In this document: piece by piece, positions 50,745 through 56,374 of the stretch
How positions within the stretch are numbered: position 1 is the first letter of the stretch
Layout: each line of letters starts with the position of its first letter
Virus record (IMG/VR): IMGVR_UViG_3300045988_058758
Coordinates: 1 to 56,374 of that record
Strand: one strand, 5' to 3'
Source: a virus
Length of the DNA: 56,374 bases
The notes under the pieces: generated by a model
Databases searched by the model: none
The model's input: the letters and a program-made list of their open reading frames with translations, nothing else
What the model was told of the DNA's origin: nothing
Program-made: the position numbers and the translations under genes

Positions 50745-51605
50745 ATGAAAATGTATAAAAAGAAAATTAAATGTGAGATTTATCGTGATTCTATGCAGAA
50801 TTACAAGAAATATGCAATACCTCCAGCACAGCTTATTATTGCTGATGTACCATACAATGTAGGCACTAACTTTTATGGTAGTAACCCGATGTGGTACAAC
50901 GGCGGCGACAATAAGAATGGAGAAAGCAAGTTTGCTAAAAAGGCGGCATTTAACTCTGACTTTAACTTTAATCTGTATGAATACTTCCATTTTTGTTCAA
51001 AGATGTTAAAGAAAGAGGACAAAAAGAATGTTGCTAGGGGCAGAAGTAGTAATAGTCCTTGTATGATTGTGTTTTGTGCATTTGAACAGTTACAGACACT
51101 TATTGCGGCGGCGAATAAACACGGATTTGTGCACTATATACCGCTTGTGTTTTGTAAAAATTACAGTCCGCAAGTGCTTAAAGCTAATATGCGTATCGTA
51201 GGGGCTACAGAATATGCACTTGTATTGTACCGAGATAAACTTCCGAAATTCCGAAACGGATTACAGGTTGATGAAAATGGAAAGAACATCAGAGGCACAG
51301 GACATATGGTATTCAACTGGTTTACCTGGGATAAAGACGGTAAAGATATTCCTAAAATTCATCCAGCACAAAAGCCTGTATCGGTATTAAAGAAACTGAT
51401 TGAGATTTTTACAGACGATGGGGATGTAGTTATTGACCCTTGCTGTGGAAGTGGTAGCACACTTAGAGCCGCACACGAATTAGGCAGAAGTGCTTACGGC
51501 TTTGAGATTGACAGAAACTTTTACGAGCGTGCTAAAAATGAAATGCTTATATTTCCGAAAGACCCACAAATGAATATTGAGGATTTTATCGGAGGTGCGG
51601 AATGA
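50745..51605 (+). CDS. DNA methyltransferase (N6-A/N4-C, beta class)
   Basis: Motif IV IIADVPYN precedes motif I VIDPCCGSGST. Confidence 0.8.
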   Translation: MKMYKKKIKCEIYRDSMQNYKKYAIPPAQLIIADVPYNVGTNFYGSNPMWYNGGDNKNGESKFAKKAAFNSDFNFNLYEYFHFCSKMLKKEDKKNVARGRSSNSPCMIVFCAFEQLQTLIAAANKHGFVHYIPLVFCKNYSPQVLKANMRIVGATEYALVLYRDKLPKFRNGLQVDENGKNIRGTGHMVFNWFTWDKDGKDIPKIHPAQKPVSVLKKLIEIFTDDGDVVIDPCCGSGSTLRAAHELGRSAYGFEIDRNFYERAKNEMLIFPKDPQMNIEDFIGGAE

Positions 51606-51859
51606 CGCAGGACGGACAGCTTGAATTGACTGACTTTTTAGGCAAGAGGATTGAAAGTAAATCCATTATGGATTTGACAGCTTGGATAAACAACCAAGGC
51701 AAGGCACAGTATTCACAGATTGGCGAGGTTATAGAGGAAGTTTACAATCGTGAAAAAGATAGCGGAGAACTTGTTGAAAGGCTCGCAAATGCCGTATCAA
51801 TATATGTTCTTAATCAATCTATGGGATATATGAATTATTTGCGAAAGGAAAGTGAGTAA
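51602..51859 (+). CDS. Hypothetical protein
   Basis: ATGA overlap; RBS GGAGGTG. Confidence 0.55.
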   Translation: MTQDGQLELTDFLGKRIESKSIMDLTAWINNQGKAQYSQIGEVIEEVYNREKDSGELVERLANAVSIYVLNQSMGYMNYLRKESE

Positions 51860-52050
51860 TGACAGACGATACGAAACAGGAAATACAAATAGTCCTTGAC
51901 TTGCTAAAAGGTAGCCTTACAAGGAATGGTGTAAGTATGGCAACGGATAGAGAGGGTAACTTGATGTTCTTTGATACGGCTACTTACAATAGGAGCAAAG
52001 GCAAGGAGTTTGACGGATTTAGGGTTAATATCAACGATTTAGTGAAGTAA
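51859..52050 (+). CDS. Hypothetical protein
   Basis: TAATG coupling. Confidence 0.5.
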   Translation: MTDDTKQEIQIVLDLLKGSLTRNGVSMATDREGNLMFFDTATYNRSKGKEFDGFRVNINDLVK

Positions 52051-52078
52051 CAATGTGACAGAACTTGAAGAGGTAATT

Positions 52079-52837
52079 ATGACAGGCAATTTTATTAAAA
52101 TTGACAGAAAGATTTTAAAGTGGGAATGGTGGAGTGATATTAATACATTCAGACTTTTTATGTATATGTTGATAAGTGCCTATTGGAAAGACGGAAATTA
52201 TAAAGGCAAGATAATTGAAAGAGGGTCTTTCCCCTCTTCAATATCTGAATTATCAAAAGAAACTAATTTGTCTGTAATGGAAATTCGTACCTCGCTAAAA
52301 CACTTGCAATTAACAGGCGAAATAACAAGCAAAGCAACAAACAAATTCACGATATTTACTGTGGTTAACTACAATTTGTATCAAACGGATAACAAGCAAG
52401 ATAACAAACAAATAACAAGCAACTTAACAAGCAATCAACAAACAGATAACATTCTATTAACAAACTCTATATTAAAAGAAAGTAAGAACGAAAGAACGGA
52501 AGAAATTAAAAAAGACAAGAATATAGAAAAAGATATTGATAAATCAATATCTAAAAAGAAAAACTATTATCCCAATGATGAATTGCTTGATGAAGCATTT
52601 AACGAGTATGTGACAATGCGTAAGAAAATTAAAAAGCCTATATGCACCGACAAGGCATTGCATAGGGCTATGAATACTCTTGAAAAGTTGTCTGGCGGGG
52701 ATAATGACTTAGCCGTTAAGATTCTTAATCAGTCAGTAGACCACTGTTGGCAAGGGTTGTTTGAGCTGAAAGAAGATAATTCTAATAAACAGGGCAAGAA
52801 AAATGTATTTGATGAATGGATGGAGGCGATGAAATGA
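52079..52837 (+). CDS. Phage replisome organiser / DnaD-like replication protein
   Basis: FIKIDRKILKWEWW ... SISELSKETNLSVMEIRTSLKHLQLTGEI. Confidence 0.55.
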   Translation: MTGNFIKIDRKILKWEWWSDINTFRLFMYMLISAYWKDGNYKGKIIERGSFPSSISELSKETNLSVMEIRTSLKHLQLTGEITSKATNKFTIFTVVNYNLYQTDNKQDNKQITSNLTSNQQTDNILLTNSILKESKNERTEEIKKDKNIEKDIDKSISKKKNYYPNDELLDEAFNEYVTMRKKIKKPICTDKALHRAMNTLEKLSGGDNDLAVKILNQSVDHCWQGLFELKEDNSNKQGKKNVFDEWMEAMK

Positions 52838-53496
52838 CAGAAGAACAGGTTGGAAAACTTCTAATGACGATACAGGCTTATTATCCCAACTACAATCCAC
52901 CAGACAAGAAGATTGCTCTTAATGCTTGGTATATAATGCTTGCTGAATATCCAGAAGAATTAGTTTTGCAATCGTTAAGAGCTTGCATTGCAACTAATAC
53001 TAGCGGATTTGCACCAGATGTAGGGCAGATAATAAGCAAGATACAGACTATATCACAACCGCAGGAGCTTGACGGAATGGCAGCTTGGGGATTGGTTAGT
53101 AAGGCGTTAAGGAATGGCACATATGGGGCAGTTGAAGAATTTAATAAACTGCCGCCGTTAGTTAGACAGGCAGTTGGTATTCCTGATAACCTCAAAAACT
53201 GGGCGACATCAGACTATCAGACAATAGAAACAGTAATACAATCAAATTTTCTAAGAACCTACGAAACAGTTGTTAAGCGTGTGAATGAAATAAATCGCAT
53301 GCCAGACAATATCAAATCACTTATCGAAAAAACGAATGCAAATTCGTATAAGGCTCAAATCGAGCAAAAATTCCAAAGAGGTATAAATGCACTTAATGAC
53401 AAAAATAGCAACCTTATCAGCCAAAAAGAAGATTCAGAGAGCTATATTGAAGCACCCAAAGAGGTACAAGATAGAATTGACAGAATGAGAGGTTGA
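52834..53496 (+). CDS. G39P-like helicase loader
   Basis: LLMTIQAYYPNYNPP...WYIMLAEYPEELV...FAPDVGQII. Confidence 0.45.
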   Translation: MTEEQVGKLLMTIQAYYPNYNPPDKKIALNAWYIMLAEYPEELVLQSLRACIATNTSGFAPDVGQIISKIQTISQPQELDGMAAWGLVSKALRNGTYGAVEEFNKLPPLVRQAVGIPDNLKNWATSDYQTIETVIQSNFLRTYETVVKRVNEINRMPDNIKSLIEKTNANSYKAQIEQKFQRGINALNDKNSNLISQKEDSESYIEAPKEVQDRIDRMRG

Positions 53497-53501
53497 TTTA
53501 A

Positions 53502-54146
53502 GTGGAAATAACGCCAATTAGTCCACAGAAAAAATTATATAATTACCGCCGAGAGAATGGATTGTGTCCTAAATGTGGCAAGCCACTTGATAGAAAAGGC
53601 TTTTATTGTGAAGAATGTAGAGAAAAGCAAACAGCTTATAGTAGAGAAACTAGAGAATTTTGCAAACAGTTTAAAATTTGCCCGGAGTGTCGCAAAAATA
53701 AGCTAGCAGGTGATGAAAAGATATGCCCGGAATGCTTGGCTAACAAAGCTGTATATAGAGCTAATCACCCATTGAGTGATGATAAGCGAAGAAAAAACAA
53801 TGAAGCATTTAAACAGTATTCAAAAAACTTATATGCTGAACGTAGAAAAGCCGGCATATGTGTTAGATGTGGCAAGGCTAAAGCTGTGCAGGGTAAGGCA
53901 AAGTGTGTATTATGTCAAGAAAAGGACAATGCTATTCACAGAAAGAGAACTGAAAATAGGCAAAATATAAAAGAATATCGCAAAGAAAATCACTTGTGCT
54001 ATCGTTGTGGAGAACCTATTGACAGACCACAAGGGCAATTATGTCAGAAATGTTGGCAGACAGACTATGAAAGAGGTAAAAGTCTTAAAAATGACAATGG
54101 CAAGCATTTATGGCGGTATGATAATCAATTTTTAAGAAAGCGGTGA
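53502..54146 (+). CDS. Multi-Zn-ribbon protein (repeated CxxC-N-CxxC units)
   Basis: At least five CP(K/E)C/C..C pairs; GTG start. Confidence 0.55.
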   Translation: MEITPISPQKKLYNYRRENGLCPKCGKPLDRKGFYCEECREKQTAYSRETREFCKQFKICPECRKNKLAGDEKICPECLANKAVYRANHPLSDDKRRKNNEAFKQYSKNLYAERRKAGICVRCGKAKAVQGKAKCVLCQEKDNAIHRKRTENRQNIKEYRKENHLCYRCGEPIDRPQGQLCQKCWQTDYERGKSLKNDNGKHLWRYDNQFLRKR

Positions 54147-54150
54147 ACAA

Positions 54151-54321
54151 ATGGAAGAAGAGAAAGATGAAATTATGCAAAGAATACAAAAATTAGAGCA
54201 CTCAATACATATCCACACTCTAATTCTGAAAGAAATGCAAAAAGTTTTAGAAGAAAATGTTCAAAACCAAGTTTCAGTACAAAAAATAATAAAGAAAATT
54301 GTCAAAATACTTGATAAATAA
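54151..54321 (+). CDS. 56-aa coiled-coil ORF
   Basis: Not in the ORF track. Confidence 0.35.
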   Translation: MEEEKDEIMQRIQKLEHSIHIHTLILKEMQKVLEENVQNQVSVQKIIKKIVKILDK

Positions 54322-54330
54322 GGAGTATGT

Positions 54331-54609
54331 ATGAGTAAGTCAGAACAGAAAAAGTTCAAGGAGCAAATGTTACGTGTTCAGATGAATAGAATTAGCAATG
54401 AACAGCAGAAGAAAAATTTTGAATCAGCATTAATATTAATTTTATGGGTACTACACGATAAGTTTGGTTTCGGACAGCAGAGATTAACAAAAGTGCAAAA
54501 AGAGCTTAAGGTGCTAATAGATAACTACAATGACGGATTATTCACAGCGGAAGAACTTGTTAATCAGCTCTACGAAGAAACAGGAATAGAACATATTAAG
54601 TTTAAGTAA
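54331..54609 (+). CDS. Hypothetical protein
   Basis: RBS AAGGAG. Confidence 0.55.
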   Translation: MSKSEQKKFKEQMLRVQMNRISNEQQKKNFESALILILWVLHDKFGFGQQRLTKVQKELKVLIDNYNDGLFTAEELVNQLYEETGIEHIKFK

Positions 54610-54621
54610 GGAGATTGGCTT

Positions 54622-54834
54622 ATGAAGTTTTCAGAACTGACTAAGCCAGAACTTGATAAGATAATTAAAAATGCCAATTTTACAGAAGAAGAATTGAGAA
54701 TATTCAAGTTACTATCACAAGGCAGAAGCATTACAGAAATTGCTATGCGGCTGTCCGTGTGTGATAGGACAGTTAATCGCAAAATAATTAAAATCAAAAA
54801 GAAAATAAGTAAGTTGGAGGGATATAATGATTAA
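54622..54834 (+). CDS. Sigma-70 region-4 / LuxR-type HTH regulator
   Basis: EELRIFKLLSQGRSITEIAMRLSVCDRTVNRKI. Confidence 0.55.
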   Translation: MKFSELTKPELDKIIKNANFTEEELRIFKLLSQGRSITEIAMRLSVCDRTVNRKIIKIKKKISKLEGYND

Positions 54835-54928
54835 GGTTACTCAAAACGGAGAGAGTGTGAAAACAGAAAACATAACTCTTTCAGACAGCTTACTAAAGAT
54901 AATCGCAGAGATAATTGACAATAAGTAA
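54827..54928 (+). CDS. 33-aa ORF
   Basis: ATGA overlap; weak. Confidence 0.2.
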   Translation: MIKVTQNGESVKTENITLSDSLLKIIAEIIDNK

Positions 54929-54939
54929 ATATGTGTTAC

Positions 54940-54977
54940 AATGTGCCGTATAATGTGATAAATGCGGCACATTTTTT
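54940..54977 (+). terminator. Rho-independent terminator before the integrase gene
   Basis: AATGTGCCG/CGGCACATT 9-bp stem followed by T6. Confidence 0.7.
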
Positions 54978-54992
54978 ATAAGGGAGAAAAAT

Positions 54993-56354
54993 ATGGAATG
55001 TGTTGCTTATATGAGAGTATCCACTGAAAAACAGGCTGTTGAGGGCAACGGACTTGATAGCCAGAAAAGGGATATTGAAAACTATTGCAGAAAAAATGAG
55101 CTTGTAATAACAGATTGGTACATTGATGATGGTTATACAGGTACGAATATGGATAGACCAGAACTTCAAAGGCTTGTGAATGACTGCGGTCGAAAGAGAA
55201 TAGGCTGCGTTGTAGCATTTAAACTTGACCGATTATCAAGAAATATGATTGATGGGATATATCTTATTGAGAAAGTATTTCAAAAATACGATGTTGTGTT
55301 TAAATGTGTTCACGATAGCGTGAATTATGACAGCCCAATGGAGCAGGCATACACACAGATGATGGCGGTATTCGCACAGCTTGATAAAAACACAATGATG
55401 TTGCGTATGCGTGGTGGAATGCTTGAACGTGTCAAGCAAGGCTACTGGTTCGGTGGCGGCAATTTGCCTTATTGTTATTCTTACAGCAAAGACCAAGGTA
55501 TATTAATACCTATTCCAGAACATGCGGAACAGGCGAGAAAAGGTCTTGAATTGTTCATATCCGGCTATTCAGATGCGAAAATTAAAGAAATTTGTGGCTT
55601 TAGATCAGAATTAGTTACTAGAAGTATCTTGACCAGCGTTGTTAATATTGGGATGATACCTTACAAAGGTAAAACATATCAAGGCAAACATGAAGCTGTT
55701 TTTGATAAAGATAGGTTTGAACTTGGATTAGAACTAAGAAAGACAAGGTGTTCGGCAAAAACTTACTGCATAACCGAACCTAATTTATTGACCGGATTAT
55801 GTTATTGTGGCATTTGTGGCTGCAAAATGCGTTATCAAAAATGGGGCAGTAAAAAGCATAAGATTTATTGCTGTTCAAGAAATAAATCACTTTCATATCT
55901 GCCTAATTATAATGCAAGCTGTAATAATTCGCTTGAATGGGCGGATGAGATAGAGAAACAGGTAGAAGAAGAAATACTTAAAATATCGCTTGATTTATCA
56001 TCTTACAAGCCGAAAGAAAAGGCGACAAAACTTGAAATTATGCAATCACAGCTTGAAAAGGAACAGATTAAGCTAAAAAGATTATATAATCTGTATGCTG
56101 ACGGAAATGATACAGTCTTAGAAATGATTAAGGAGCTCGAATCACAGATTAAAGAAATGAAATCAAACATTGCCGCCGAAAGCAAAAACGAAATCAATAC
56201 ACAGAAAAAGGAGTTTGTTTACGAGAACATAAAAAAACTTGCCGACATTTGGGATAAGGTCGACAAGAAACAAAAAAACATGATACTTAAGACTATAATA
56301 GATAGGATTGTTATAGTCAATGGAAATATTGAAATACAGTTAAAGAATTTTTAG
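54993..56354 (+). CDS. int: Large serine recombinase (integrase)
   Basis: YMRVSTEKQ catalytic Ser region; FKLDRLSRN; recombinase domain; Zn ribbon CGICGCKM...YCC; C-terminal coiled coil. Confidence 0.9.
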   Translation: MECVAYMRVSTEKQAVEGNGLDSQKRDIENYCRKNELVITDWYIDDGYTGTNMDRPELQRLVNDCGRKRIGCVVAFKLDRLSRNMIDGIYLIEKVFQKYDVVFKCVHDSVNYDSPMEQAYTQMMAVFAQLDKNTMMLRMRGGMLERVKQGYWFGGGNLPYCYSYSKDQGILIPIPEHAEQARKGLELFISGYSDAKIKEICGFRSELVTRSILTSVVNIGMIPYKGKTYQGKHEAVFDKDRFELGLELRKTRCSAKTYCITEPNLLTGLCYCGICGCKMRYQKWGSKKHKIYCCSRNKSLSYLPNYNASCNNSLEWADEIEKQVEEEILKISLDLSSYKPKEKATKLEIMQSQLEKEQIKLKRLYNLYADGNDTVLEMIKELESQIKEMKSNIAAESKNEINTQKKEFVYENIKKLADIWDKVDKKQKNMILKTIIDRIVIVNGNIEIQLKNF

Positions 56355-56374
56355 CAGAAACTTAATGCCATGGG
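56320..56374. repeat. Terminal direct repeat, copy 2
   Basis: Identical to 1-55. Confidence 0.95.

Overview
The window is a complete, circularly closed contig. Bases 1-55 are identical to 56320-56374, so the unique length is about 56,319 bp. It looks like a temperate siphovirus-type phage or prophage of a low-GC Firmicutes (Clostridia-like) host, judging by AT-rich DNA, GGAGG-type RBSs and SigA-like TTGACA-17-TATAAT promoters.

Layout, left to right:
- 210-3137: an operon of odd low-complexity, Gly/Cys-rich proteins next to the integrase (moron-like).
- 3198-6545: an accessory, anti-defence-looking island. It holds a short ImmA-like metallopeptidase, a lone Cas5-like RAMP gene, about 600 bp of ORF-free structured or repeat DNA, and a leftward ArdA cassette. 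Each of the three cassette ORFs is followed by a ~40-nt tRNA-like acceptor/T-arm minihelix.
- 6655-7140: an RHH-regulated divergent promoter region with an operator array.
- 7916-16769: terS, then MazG, DUF3310, three tRNA genes (Gln-TTG, Ser-GCT, Ser-TGA) and about 4 kb of small accessory genes, then terL.
- 17565-36414: portal, scaffold, decoration protein, capsid, connector, an embedded holin cassette, tail genes with a chaperone frameshift, a 1110-aa tape measure, a moron, a 1499-aa tail fibre and a GH25 endolysin.
- 36441-37484: a CI/Cro-type switch with 17-bp operators.
- 37487-54928: early region with BRO antirepressor, two SSBs, an SMC-like ATPase, RecT-like protein, MBL nuclease, YopX, a PAPS-reductase-like gene split at a (GACA)5 repeat, GIY-YIG nuclease, DNA methyltransferase, replisome organiser and G39P-like loader.
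- 54993-56354: a large serine integrase.

All functional calls come from motif and architecture recognition by eye. No database search or folding program was run. Coordinates of short motifs were counted by hand and may be off by 1-2 nt.
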